Source of the DNA: Chamaesiphon sp.
Lineage (GTDB): Bacteria > Cyanobacteriota > Cyanobacteriia > Cyanobacteriales > Chamaesiphonaceae
DNA length: 50,925 nt
Reading direction: 5' to 3'
Assembly: GCA_965246715.1 (NCBI GenBank)
Contig: CBDFFH010000016.1
Coordinates: forward strand, 1 to 50,925
Within the stretch, counting starts at the first letter, position 1. The number at the start of each line of letters is the position of its first letter. Below the pieces are notes generated by a model. That model was not told the DNA's origin. It did not search any database and saw only the letters and a program-made list of their open reading frames with translations. Both the position numbers and the translations under genes were made by a program. Positions 31,375-41,560 of this stretch are shown here, piece by piece.

Positions 31375-31505
31375 GCTCCCCAATATTTGTGCAGATCTAA
31401 TTAGCCCTAAACTATCGTTTTGCGATAATACAGTAGCGAGAGATCTAGATCGTTCTCTACTGTAATAAAAATTTTTCTTTTTGCTGTTTTCACCTTCTTG
31501 CAGTC

Positions 31506-34004
31506 ATGAATAACCCTGGTGGTATCCGCACGGTTTTTGAGTCTTGTCCTCGGATCGACCTCCACTATGAAGACCAAATTCTGTCATTCAATCTCACGGA
31601 GCCAGAACATTACCTCGGTCGCGAACCGTCGCAATCCGCTCCCAGCGGTCTCAAAGCACCACCAGATTGGGTCATCGTCAGTAGACATCAAGCGATGTTT
31701 CGCAAGATCGACGGTCGCTATTTTATTTATGATGGCGATGGGGTCAATTCTAGTAGCAACCGACTATTTATTAACAACCGACTGATTACAGCTACCGAAG
31801 GCTATCGGCTCCAGTCTTACGATGAAATTCGGATCGGCCAAAATCCCGAGCAGTACGCCACACTCTCATTCATCGATCCGCTGCAAATCAAAACCGGAAT
31901 GCGACCGCTCCAAAGATCGCTCCAACTGCGATCGGATCGTCCGGTAGTTCTCGGTAGAGCGGATGGGGAGGGCATCGATCTGGCGCTGGATGCACCGACG
32001 ATTTCTCGCAAACATGCCTCGATCGAAAAGGTGACAGTCGATGGCAAGCAGCGTTATCTCCTGCGGAACTTCAGCACTAATGGGGTATTTGTCGATCGCC
32101 AAGAAGTCACTACTACCTGCGTTCTCAATCCTGGCGCAGTCCTCAAGATCGGCCCCTACACCTTCATCCTCCAAAATGACGAACTGATTTTTGCGGATCG
32201 CGGCGACAGTATCCGCCTTGATGCCGAACAGATTACGCGGATCGTCCAACTCAAGCAAAAGCGCAGTTTGTGCCTGCTCAATGATGTCTCGCTGGCGATC
32301 GAACCGGGTCAATTTGTCGCATTGGTGGGCGGAAGTGGTGCGGGAAAATCTACGCTCCTACGAGCACTTCTGGGCATCGAACCCTGCGATCGCGGTACCA
32401 TCTATCTCAACGGCGATGACCTCGCGACTAACTTTAATATCTACCGCAACTCGATCGGTTACGTGCCCCAGAGCGATATCGTCCATACCAATCTCCAAGT
32501 CAGAGAAGTCCTCGCCTATGCTGCCAAGCTGCGGCTGCCATCGGATGCTAACATCCCTGAAGTTGTCGAAAAAACTCTCCACCAAATCGAGCTATACGAG
32601 CGGCAAAATACCCTCGTCAAAAATTTGAGTGGCGGCCAATTAAAACGCGTCAGCATCGGCGTAGAACTGCTGACAGACCCCAAACTCTTCTTCCTTGACG
32701 AGCCGACTTCTGGACTCGATCCTGGTTTGGACAAGAAGATGATGCAACTCCTGCGGAAACTAGCTGACAAGGGGCGGACGATCGTTTTAGTCACTCATGC
32801 GACGAGTAATATTACCATGTGCGATCGGATCGCGCTGATGGGCTTGGGCGGCAATCTTTGTTATTTTGGCCCCCCGAAGGACGCGATCGAGTATTTCCAA
32901 ATTCCCAGTGGGGATTTTGCGGACATCTACATCCATCTGGAAACCGCCGATGCCGTCCTGCAAACCGCCACTCAGTTTAAAGACTCATCTTACCACCACG
33001 AATACGTTGCCAGTCGGTTGAGCATCCCCACTGCGACCGCTTCCGATCTCAAGCGGCAGCCACCCCCACAGCCCGTCAAGCAATCGATCTTCAAGCAGAC
33101 CAAAATTTTGACCCAACGGTATCTGCAATTAATCCGCCGCGATCCGGTCTATCTGGGATTGTCCTTGCTGACTGCACCACTGGGGATCGAGTTAATTTCA
33201 ATCGCCACCCAAACTAAGGATATCAGCGCGACCAAACCATTTATTCATCCATTCGTCGGGTCGCCCGATCCCGTCCGCGCGGCACTAGCTTTAAAAGTCT
33301 TGTTCGTGTTTACCTGTGCGGCAATTTGGGTCGGTTTGGCAGGTTCGCTCCAAGAAATTATCAAGGAGTCCGCGATTTATTTGCGCGAACGCTTGGTAAA
33401 TCTGCGCCTCTCTGCCTACATCGGCTCTAAAGTAGCGATCTTGGGCGGACTAGCACTAATTCAAAGTATCCTCGTCACCATTGTCGTCTCGATCGGCTTT
33501 AGAGCGCCCACCTCGGAGCTAATTCCCTGGCCGATCGGATTGACGATTACGACATTTTTGACAATTTTAGCAGCCTTCTCGCTGGGCTTGATGGTGTCGG
33601 CAGGAGTCAAAAATAGCTCCCAAGCCAATAGCGCTTTGCCACTATTATTACTACCGCAAATTATTTTTGCAGGGGTGTTATTTAACATGGAAAAAGTGGC
33701 AATCGGTCAATACCTTTCGTGGTTGACGATCGGGCGGTGGTCGATCGGAGCCTATGGTGCGCTCGTCGATATCAATCTGCTGATTCCCCCAGCAAATAGT
33801 ACTGCTGGCAAGGATCTGTTTGAATCTGCCATCGAAACATCAACAGTCTACAATGCTACTTGGGCTAATTTGGGCACTAATTGGGGCATTTTACTGCTCC
33901 ATACCGCAATTTATCTGGGCATCGCGACCTGGTTGCTCAAGCGTAAAGATGTTGTCAAAGATGGTCCGTCTCGTCGCTCAGCAATTAAAAAATCTACCTC
34001 TTAA
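31506..34004 (+). CDS. FHA-domain ABC transporter (two FHA domains, ATPase, ABC-2 membrane domain)
   Basis: LGR...VSRHQA and LGR...ISRKHA...STNG FHA motifs; GGSGAGKST, LSGGQ, LDEPTSGLD; C-terminal TM helices. Confidence 0.92.
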   Translation: MNNPGGIRTVFESCPRIDLHYEDQILSFNLTEPEHYLGREPSQSAPSGLKAPPDWVIVSRHQAMFRKIDGRYFIYDGDGVNSSSNRLFINNRLITATEGYRLQSYDEIRIGQNPEQYATLSFIDPLQIKTGMRPLQRSLQLRSDRPVVLGRADGEGIDLALDAPTISRKHASIEKVTVDGKQRYLLRNFSTNGVFVDRQEVTTTCVLNPGAVLKIGPYTFILQNDELIFADRGDSIRLDAEQITRIVQLKQKRSLCLLNDVSLAIEPGQFVALVGGSGAGKSTLLRALLGIEPCDRGTIYLNGDDLATNFNIYRNSIGYVPQSDIVHTNLQVREVLAYAAKLRLPSDANIPEVVEKTLHQIELYERQNTLVKNLSGGQLKRVSIGVELLTDPKLFFLDEPTSGLDPGLDKKMMQLLRKLADKGRTIVLVTHATSNITMCDRIALMGLGGNLCYFGPPKDAIEYFQIPSGDFADIYIHLETADAVLQTATQFKDSSYHHEYVASRLSIPTATASDLKRQPPPQPVKQSIFKQTKILTQRYLQLIRRDPVYLGLSLLTAPLGIELISIATQTKDISATKPFIHPFVGSPDPVRAALALKVLFVFTCAAIWVGLAGSLQEIIKESAIYLRERLVNLRLSAYIGSKVAILGGLALIQSILVTIVVSIGFRAPTSELIPWPIGLTITTFLTILAAFSLGLMVSAGVKNSSQANSALPLLLLPQIIFAGVLFNMEKVAIGQYLSWLTIGRWSIGAYGALVDINLLIPPANSTAGKDLFESAIETSTVYNATWANLGTNWGILLLHTAIYLGIATWLLKRKDVVKDGPSRRSAIKKSTS

Positions 34005-34156
34005 TTCATCCCCGCACATTCCACAATTGTTGTCGGCGTTGTTCGATCGCGCCGACTGCCATCAAAACACTTACCAATCAATAATTTCCAGCAATCAATT
34101 CGGCACTATTTTAAATCGAGCCACCAGTTCCGAGTCATTCCCAATCGCGATTGGGA

Positions 34157-34639
34157 CTAATTTTTAATTACTGGGCTTTTGAGTGGTTTACGCTCTGGTT
34201 TTGGCTCGAAAACGATCGGACAAGACCAATCGACATCCCACCATTTGCAATGTTGTACTGGGTCGTTAGGATCGGGAATCAATCCGAGCAGATCCTCGCG
34301 AGTCGTATCTAAAAACGTCCCAGAGTTTACATCCATAAACACAGTGTTTAGCAATTTAAAATGCTGCTTGATCTTGACTTTTTCGCCTTTGTCGTTGTGG
34401 TAGACCCTACTCTCAAAAAACTTATTTACCCTACCACCATCCCTAGACCACTGATTGGTGCTACCGGATTTTACCCACTGTACGGTACCATTGGCAAAGT
34501 AAACTATCACCAATTTAGGATCTTCTACTTTCTTTTCGTTCATAAAAATCGCACAATGAATGTGTAGAGCAGTAATTTTGTCAGGTATCGATTGGTTAGG
34601 TGTTGCTGTGACAGCATTACCGCTGTGCGAACAAACCAA
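34157..34639 (-). CDS. Hypothetical protein (start may be ATG near 34543)
   Basis: 160 aa ORF filling the gap between genes; no recognised motif. Confidence 0.5.
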   Translation of the reverse strand: MVCSHSGNAVTATPNQSIPDKITALHIHCAIFMNEKKVEDPKLVIVYFANGTVQWVKSGSTNQWSRDGGRVNKFFESRVYHNDKGEKVKIKQHFKLLNTVFMDVNSGTFLDTTREDLLGLIPDPNDPVQHCKWWDVDWSCPIVFEPKPERKPLKSPVIKN

Positions 34640-35213
34640 CTATCGATCGATTCGCAACGGCGATCTAGTGCGTGCCGTTCCCGTGGCATCGCTGCTTTTA
34701 GCGATCTGAAGTCTGGGTTTGCAACCGATTTAGCGACCTTAAACTTTATATTATATCGTGTTGTTATGAGCGCGCAAAGGCGATCGGGTGAATTGAGTTA
34801 TTTCTAGCTGCAAAAATTGGGTTACGGATCGCTCTAGGTGTCTTCCAAGCAAGCTTTTAGCGATATTCGGTGCCAATCGCATCGATCGTTTTTAGCAATT
34901 TGTTACTAATGCTACCACTCGTTCGGGTAGATTAATTTCCTCTACAATAGATATATCCCTGCTAGCTGAGTTCTACCGATCGATCCGACCGTCGCGACTG
35001 ACGAACCAACAGTACAGTTGCTAGACAAACGCCACCTCGATCGCCTGTGACTGCATCCTTATCGCTAGATCGACCGACTGCTCTCGATCGATAAGATTAG
35101 CTGAATTTTGGTCGTTGGCGAAGCCTACCGGAGGTAATCGTCGTATTAAAACATCTTGTCTGGCATATTTTCAATCAGCAAAACAATTTTAACTACGAAG
35201 TTTAGATCGATCG

Positions 35214-36053
35214 ATGAAATTTAACCGTAAATCATTTATTTCGATCGATAAACTAAAGCTCAAGCAGATCTTTGGTTGGTTATTATTTAGCATCGTCATC
35301 GTATTATGCCTGAGATCGCGAGCGATTAGAACCTTGGCATTTTTTGCTGTGACGATTCTCGTAGCTGGGATTGTCGGCGGCGCGGTTGGGGCGATCGTTG
35401 GCTCGTCAATCGTCTTCATACTTACTACTATTGTCATGCTCGGAATGTGGCTGCAAAGACTCGGGGCGAAATTTACTTCGTCTTGGCAATCCAAACCAAC
35501 TGATTCGGAATATTTCGAGCGCCAGCCGATCTCGACATTTTCGAGACTGCGCTCTGTCCGATCGCAATTACGAATTGCAGCTTCACAATCTCACTCGGAA
35601 CGATTGCGACTGATTGCTGAGTTACATGCTGTGATTAGATCGCGATCTCCAAATTTATCGATTCAAGACCTCCAAGATCTAAATTTTTTAGGTCGCGAAC
35701 GTCACCAAATTATCGATGAAGAATCATGGAGTCCCGTGCGAAGATCGCGAGTCGATCGCATCGCTCAGATTCGCACTTCACGCCGGACTAACGGGCAAAA
35801 CCTACCCGCTGGGCTGGTTGAGGATGAAGAAGAGAGCGAATTTATCGTCACGTACTCCGATCTCCAAGGTTATGGCGTGCTCGATGATGATGACGAACCC
35901 GACGGGATCGGCGATCTGACTTGTCAGTACAACGCACATTCCCTCTTTCTCCGTTGTGCGGTAAATCCTGGTGTGGATACTTGTGAAGGCTGTCGCGATT
36001 ATCGATCGCGCGATCTCGGATCTGGTGAGTATCGATCGGTGCGATCTAGCTAA
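35214..36053 (+). CDS. Membrane protein with C-terminal Cys4 motif (DUF6464-like)
   Basis: N-terminal TM helices; C-terminal IGDLTCQYNAHSLFLRCAVNPGVDTCEGCRDY. Confidence 0.7.
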   Translation: MKFNRKSFISIDKLKLKQIFGWLLFSIVIVLCLRSRAIRTLAFFAVTILVAGIVGGAVGAIVGSSIVFILTTIVMLGMWLQRLGAKFTSSWQSKPTDSEYFERQPISTFSRLRSVRSQLRIAASQSHSERLRLIAELHAVIRSRSPNLSIQDLQDLNFLGRERHQIIDEESWSPVRRSRVDRIAQIRTSRRTNGQNLPAGLVEDEEESEFIVTYSDLQGYGVLDDDDEPDGIGDLTCQYNAHSLFLRCAVNPGVDTCEGCRDYRSRDLGSGEYRSVRSS

Positions 36054-36182
36054 ACATTCGATCGTAAAGTTTCCTATAATGCTAACTGCATCGCTGCTGC
36101 AACTCGTTTGTACCGATGCCTGGAGAGCCGATTTTCTTACAGAAAGGCTTCGCCAACAAATGTTGTTATATCTGGTGATGTC

Positions 36183-37208
36183 GTGCTTGCAGCCCTCCTC
36201 TACGGTCGAGAAGACCTTCGCCTCGAAACACTCGATGTCCCTCAACCTGCAATAGGAGAAGTAATCATCGAAGTCGCCGCCGCAACTACTTGCGGTACAG
36301 ATCTCAAAGTCTGGCGGCGCGGCGGACATGCCAAAATGCTGAAGCTACCCACGATCTTCGGGCATGAAGGAGCGGGTAAGATTATCGCATTGGGTGAAAA
36401 CGTTACCGATTGGCAGATCGGCGATCGAGTCGTCGCAAATAACTCCGCACCTTGTTTTAATTGTTTTTTTTGTCAACGGCAGGAATACTCACTCTGTCCC
36501 AACATCACCTGGAATAATGGTACCTTCGCCCAGTATCTCAGAATTCCCGCCCCGATTGTCAAACACAATCTCCTAAAGCTACCCGCCGCGCTCGATCCCG
36601 CCATCGCCGCCATGACAGAACCATTAGCTTGCGTCTTGCATGGGATAGCGCGGAGTAATTATACCCCTGATTCTAGAATAGTTATTATCGGCGATGGCGC
36701 GATCGGGTTGATGTTTGTCGCAGTACTAGCGGGTCGATGTCAATCGGTATGGCTGTTTGGCGGTAATGACCCTCGGTTAGCAGTGGGCGAAAAATTCGGA
36801 GCCGATCGCACTTGGAATTATCATCAGTGCGATATCCCCAGCACGGTACGGGATTTAACCGAGGGTTGGGGTGCGGATATCGTCATCGAGGCGACGGGAG
36901 TACCGAGTGTCTGGGAAACCGCGATCGCCTGCGGTCGTCCGGGTGCAACAATTAATTTATTTGGTGGTTGTCCGAAGGATACGACGATTAGTGTTAATAC
37001 CGATCGGCTGCACTATAGCGAACTGACACTCAAAGGGGTCTTTCACAATACTCCTCAGCATGTTTGCGCTGCACTCGCATTGCTTGCTGGCAAACAAATT
37101 TCGTTTGAACTCTTGATTAGCGATCGTCGTCCGTTGGCGGATTTAGCGCAAACTTTTAAGGACATGAAGGAGCGTAAGGTGATTAAGGTGGCGATGATGC
37201 CGAATTAA
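36183..37208 (+). CDS. Zinc-dependent alcohol/sugar dehydrogenase (MDR family)
   Basis: TCGTD, GHEGAG, CxxCxxC(7)C and GDGAIG; likely start GTG at 36183. Confidence 0.92.
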   Translation: MLAALLYGREDLRLETLDVPQPAIGEVIIEVAAATTCGTDLKVWRRGGHAKMLKLPTIFGHEGAGKIIALGENVTDWQIGDRVVANNSAPCFNCFFCQRQEYSLCPNITWNNGTFAQYLRIPAPIVKHNLLKLPAALDPAIAAMTEPLACVLHGIARSNYTPDSRIVIIGDGAIGLMFVAVLAGRCQSVWLFGGNDPRLAVGEKFGADRTWNYHQCDIPSTVRDLTEGWGADIVIEATGVPSVWETAIACGRPGATINLFGGCPKDTTISVNTDRLHYSELTLKGVFHNTPQHVCAALALLAGKQISFELLISDRRPLADLAQTFKDMKERKVIKVAMMPN

Positions 37209-37609
37209 TCTGGAACCCACCCCTTACACCTGTCTTGCTGCATTTTGTCGGCTCGTCGACCAGTAGCTTTTTACGTCGGGGAACAGAGCGGTGCGCGCAC
37301 CGCTCTGTTCGCGAAGCGTCTACCTCAGCAGAGGAGGGGAGTTAAAGACAGTGAGCGGTATATCAGCAGTAATATAAGTATTCGATCGGTATTGCGGGAT
37401 AGAGTGAGAATGGCGATCGATTGGATATACCTTTCAGACTTTAGATACAAAAAAATACACTAAGTAAGATTGTTTCTCGCTCAGTGCTTGTAATTTATCC
37501 TTCCCCCATTTCTCCCCAACTGTTATCAACGCCTCACTCTATATCCTTTTGATGCGTTACGATAAATTGTGGTTCTGTTGCTGGAATGGCGTGAAACTAG
37601 ATACTAAAA

Positions 37610-37689
37610 TGGGAAGCGTCGGACTCGAACCGACACGCTTTCGCGGATGATTTTGAGTCAACTGCGTCTACCAATTCCGCCAGCCTCCC
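37610..37689 (-). tRNA. trnL: tRNA-Leu (CAA)
   Basis: GGGAGGC TG GCGGAATTGGTAGACGC A GTTGA CTCAAAA TCATC CGCGAAAGCGT GTCGG TTCGAGT CCGAC GCTTCCC A; long variable arm; CCA not encoded. Confidence 0.93.
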
Positions 37690-38546
37690 CCATTTGTAGC
37701 TTGCTTATCATAGCGCATCGATGGGTTATTTAGCAAGGATTGGTAGCTATCAGTTTGTGCCCACAGATCGATCTCCTTGGCGCGCAATACTGGTACGGGA
37801 TGCGTCAATTGCTCGGTTTGCCCGACGGTGAGCATTTTACCAAAGCTAGTTTTGCCAATGTCTTCGTAGGCACGCGCCTGTGCGAGAAAAGCATCGATGT
37901 TGAGCAGCGGTGCGAGTTGTGGCGAACCACCTGAAAGTTTCATTAGTACGGAAATTACCGTCTTGGGATCTTGACTGACGAGCAATGCTGCACGATCGCA
38001 ACTAAACTCGGCACAGCGTACCCATTGTAACATTTGACCCTGGAGACTTTGGGCGATCGCGGTACCGATGCCAGGAACCAAACCACCAGTCGCCATCACG
38101 ATTAAATTTGCCAGCGTCAGATACACCCCATGCTCGCACTTGAGATGGCCTAATTCGTGTGCGATGACAGCTTGCAGCTCCTCCAGCGTCAGTAAATCGA
38201 CTAAAGAGGTATGAACGACAATAAATGGTTTCTTGCCGCGTACTGCCATCGTATAGGCATTTGGCGCGGGATGCTGTTTGAGATAGAGCTGGGGAACTTC
38301 TAAATCCAGAATCTGACAGGCTTCGACTAATAATTTATGGATGTGTGGTAGTTGCTGTTCGCCAACGAGGACGCTAGCGGCAATGTTATTTAAATATAAG
38401 AATTCTTCAGTTACGCCACCGAGTAGATTGCGAACTAATAAATCCAAACCTGGTAAGCGCCGGAGATTGGTCGTCGCTTCTAAGTCTAAAGGATGGCGAA
38501 AGCGATCGGATTTTAAGCCAATTAACTGGGTTTTAGTAGTTAACAT
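37668..38546 (-). CDS. M48-family zinc metallopeptidase
   Basis: FRHPLD, PNAYT, AHELGH, AEFSCDRA and THPVPVLR. Confidence 0.92.
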   Translation of the reverse strand: MLTTKTQLIGLKSDRFRHPLDLEATTNLRRLPGLDLLVRNLLGGVTEEFLYLNNIAASVLVGEQQLPHIHKLLVEACQILDLEVPQLYLKQHPAPNAYTMAVRGKKPFIVVHTSLVDLLTLEELQAVIAHELGHLKCEHGVYLTLANLIVMATGGLVPGIGTAIAQSLQGQMLQWVRCAEFSCDRAALLVSQDPKTVISVLMKLSGGSPQLAPLLNIDAFLAQARAYEDIGKTSFGKMLTVGQTEQLTHPVPVLRAKEIDLWAQTDSYQSLLNNPSMRYDKQATNGGGWRNW

Positions 38547-38552
38547 CTTCTA

Positions 38553-38587
38553 AAATTATGAATTATGAATTATGAGTTATGAATTAC
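38553..38587. repeat. AATTATG heptamer tandem repeat
   Basis: About five imperfect units; shorter runs near 3127 and 49583. Confidence 0.7.
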
Positions 38588-38741
38588 CAATGTTTCGATC
38601 TCTGGCTAGTAATTAAGTATTCAAGAATAATTAAATATAAAATATCTAGTAGGACGGACAGTGCTCACCCGTTAAACTTTAGTCGCAGCAAACGATCGAA
38701 CAAATTGAATCAACGATTGTAATTCATAATTCTGCGAAGCT

Positions 38742-39173
38742 TTAGTCGTCGGCAAAGATTAGAGTTTCGATGCGTTTGAGACTGGGCCAATCTGGTTTGC
38801 GAGTGAAACCATCTTTGAAATTTTCGACTACTTGCTCGCGGACTTCGGGAGCGGATTCAACGAGACTTTTTGCCATTTCAATATGCTCGCGCACGCCTGA
38901 TTGTTTGGTTTCTAGCATTGCTGCGGCTAGATTGATTCGCGTTTGGGCATCGAAGGGATCGATCTTCATCGATTTTTGGGCGGCTTTGATGGCAAGTTGC
39001 GGTTTACCTTCTAACAAGTATAACCAAGCCAGACAAGTCCAAGCACTATCGAGTTTTGGCGATCGATTGCAAATATCGACGAAAACAGGTAATAGTTTAG
39101 CCGGACTTTCGCCAGCTTGATAATCTTTAATCGCGCGATCGAAGAGATCGGCTACGGTGGTTGCTTCTGTCAT
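38742..39173 (-). CDS. TPR-like protein
   Basis: AWTCLAWLYLL...AIKAAQKSMKIDPFDAQTRINLA. Confidence 0.8.
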   Translation of the reverse strand: MTEATTVADLFDRAIKDYQAGESPAKLLPVFVDICNRSPKLDSAWTCLAWLYLLEGKPQLAIKAAQKSMKIDPFDAQTRINLAAAMLETKQSGVREHIEMAKSLVESAPEVREQVVENFKDGFTRKPDWPSLKRIETLIFADD

Positions 39174-39177
39174 GGAG

Positions 39178-39219
39178 GGGGATAGGGGATAGGGGATAGG
39201 GGATAGGGGATAGGGGATA
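39178..39219. repeat. (GGGGATA)6 heptamer tandem repeat (STRR-like)
   Basis: Six perfect units; a degenerate inverted run at about 39267-39293. Confidence 0.9.
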
Positions 39220-39293
39220 AGATTTTAGAATAGATCGTTTATAAACGCGCCCAGCGCGCTCCTCTCTAATCCCTAATTCCTATCCCCTATTCC

Positions 39294-39650
39294 CTAGACC
39301 GCAAAAGACTTGCCACAACCACAGCTTTGCGAAGCGTTAGGATTAGTGAATTGGAATCCACCGCCGATCATCGCATCGCTGTAGTCGAGGACGAGACCAT
39401 AAACATATAACATACTCTTGCGATCGCAGACTAATTTGAAGCCACCATAGTCGCTGACTTCATCATCATCGCGAATTTGGCTGGGATCTTCAAAGTCCAT
39501 CACGTAGGACATCCCCGAACAACCACCTTGGCGTACGCCAACGCGCAAGCAGAGATCTTTACCTTGTTTTTCGCGCAGTGCGACGACGTGAGCGAGGGCG
39601 CTGTCGGTCATTTGGATGCTAGCTTTGGCGGGGGTAATTACTTCAGACAT
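39294..39650 (-). CDS. A-type Fe-S carrier (IscA/SufA/HesB family)
   Basis: GGCSGMSY and NPNASQSCGCGKSF. Confidence 0.93.
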   Translation of the reverse strand: MSEVITPAKASIQMTDSALAHVVALREKQGKDLCLRVGVRQGGCSGMSYVMDFEDPSQIRDDDEVSDYGGFKLVCDRKSMLYVYGLVLDYSDAMIGGGFQFTNPNASQSCGCGKSFAV

Positions 39651-39952
39651 AGTTGCGATAAACTCCTAATGAACGATCGCTGGCAAATTGCTTGAGTGTC
39701 AGATCGATCTAAACCTTAATCTATGTTAACTTCTCTGACCCGATCGGTGCCGACTGGAAATTACCGCATAAAATCGGAGAGAAGGTAAGGATACCTCAAC
39801 AGAGTAAAGCTACATATCCAAAAATTAGCGAATCTGAAATAAAAAGTAAGTGAAGAGTCTGACGTACCACCTGGTGAAGATCGCCTCCCGATACTACATT
39901 CGCATTGTTTCACCATCCTAACTTAGCTCGATTCTTAGGTGCAATTTTGATT

Positions 39953-41560
39953 ATGACGGCGATTAGTCTTTCAACTCAACGACGACTGCAACAACTCCCA
40001 CAAATTCCCAGCGTGTGGGAGGGAGATCGACGGCATGTAGATCGATTGGTAGAGGAGTTGGAATTAGATAATAACGAAGATCGGCGCGAATTGATCGTCT
40101 GGGTCGATGGGGTAGAAGGTGTCGTCCGATCGATGGAAGTCGTCAATCCAGCGATGGGTAACGAAGCGATCGTCCGCGCGCTGATCAAGGCAATGGAAGC
40201 GCCCCAAGCTCCCTCTCAACCCGCACGTCCGCAGAAAATTATCGTGCGCGATCGCCAATTGCAATTTTACTTGCGGGGTGTGTTGCAGGATCTGGAAATC
40301 GTAGTGGAATATGTGTCAGAATTGCCGATTGTTGATGAATTATTTCATCGCTTTGCGGATATGGCTGGACTCCGCACCCCGAAATTGCAGCGGAAGTATC
40401 TCGATCTGCTCAAGGCGACAGCGCGCGAGATTTGGGACTTAGCACCGTGGTCGATGCTCGCCGATTATGAGGCGATCTCGATCGAGTTAAATCAGTGGGA
40501 CATCGAGAAATTTTATGTCTCGGTGATGGGAATGCTCGGCATGGAATATGGCATCTTGTTATATCGATCGGCAGGATCCCTGCAACGGTTTCGGGCGATG
40601 GCATTGAATGAAGATGGCATTCAAGATATGGAATCAGCGTTCTTGTCTCAAGATTGTATCTTTGTCACGTTCGATGCGATCGCGCCAGATTTAGGCAACG
40701 ACCTCGGTAGCTTACCCGCCAGCGCGATCGAACCTAACTTCGGAAATATCCATCCAATGGAGGGTATGCGCCCGTTCTTGTATGAAGAAGAAGCGATCGC
40801 GACTCAAGTAGCATTGGTTGCGCTGCAACGCTTTGTGAGCGCTTTTACGCAGCAACTACAGGTTGACGATCTACCACAGTTGAACAAGCGAATTAGAGTG
40901 ACAGCACCCGATACGAATACGATCGTACAGGTGGCAGTCGAAACCCTCCCCGAACTATCCCAAGAACTACTCCAGATGCACCTAGCGGTAGATACTGATG
41001 AAGATGAATTCGACCCCTTAGAGCTGCCGATTCGTGAAGACTTGATCCCAGAAGATGCGATCGTCGGTATCGAAATGATGTCCTGGGAGCGCGTAGCAAC
41101 CATCCGATCGGCAGATATTTACCATCAAACTAGCGAAGTCCGATCGGTTGGGGAAGGATTCCCTGTGATTACCATCCAAACTACCAGACCCAGAGCCAAA
41201 GAGCTGCTGCAACGCATTCAACAAGCTGGCGGGTTGCAGGGAATTTGCTTCAATCCCGGCGAAGATCTCCTTGCTGGCTCTAGCTTCGACTTAGGTATCC
41301 TCCAACTAGCAGACGGGGAAATGCAGGTATTCGGCGAGTTTCATCACGACAGTACGACCGATGTGGCAGACCAGAAGAAGTGGCACCAAGGCATCAAAAA
41401 AACTAAAGGTTATTGTGGTTTAGCGATCGCCCAAGGTTTGACAGGCAAAGCTCGGGGTAATCCAGGCGTGCGTGAAACCCTAGCGTTATTAGAAACAAAA
41501 TATTTATCCACCGAGGCACTGGGATTGGGAACCTTACAACTGATGCCGCATTTTGACTAA
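39953..41560 (+). CDS. Conserved cyanobacterial hypothetical protein
   Basis: Long ORF; TQRRLQQLPQIPSVWEGDRR, RPQKIIVRDR and SVMGMLGMEYG; likely start ATG 39953. Confidence 0.8.
   Translation: MTAISLSTQRRLQQLPQIPSVWEGDRRHVDRLVEELELDNNEDRRELIVWVDGVEGVVRSMEVVNPAMGNEAIVRALIKAMEAPQAPSQPARPQKIIVRDRQLQFYLRGVLQDLEIVVEYVSELPIVDELFHRFADMAGLRTPKLQRKYLDLLKATAREIWDLAPWSMLADYEAISIELNQWDIEKFYVSVMGMLGMEYGILLYRSAGSLQRFRAMALNEDGIQDMESAFLSQDCIFVTFDAIAPDLGNDLGSLPASAIEPNFGNIHPMEGMRPFLYEEEAIATQVALVALQRFVSAFTQQLQVDDLPQLNKRIRVTAPDTNTIVQVAVETLPELSQELLQMHLAVDTDEDEFDPLELPIREDLIPEDAIVGIEMMSWERVATIRSADIYHQTSEVRSVGEGFPVITIQTTRPRAKELLQRIQQAGGLQGICFNPGEDLLAGSSFDLGILQLADGEMQVFGEFHHDSTTDVADQKKWHQGIKKTKGYCGLAIAQGLTGKARGNPGVRETLALLETKYLSTEALGLGTLQLMPHFD

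Noticed and set aside
37450..37610. Prophage or island integrated at the tRNA-Leu 3' end
   Set aside because: I found no duplicated tRNA 3' fragment and no integrase in the window.
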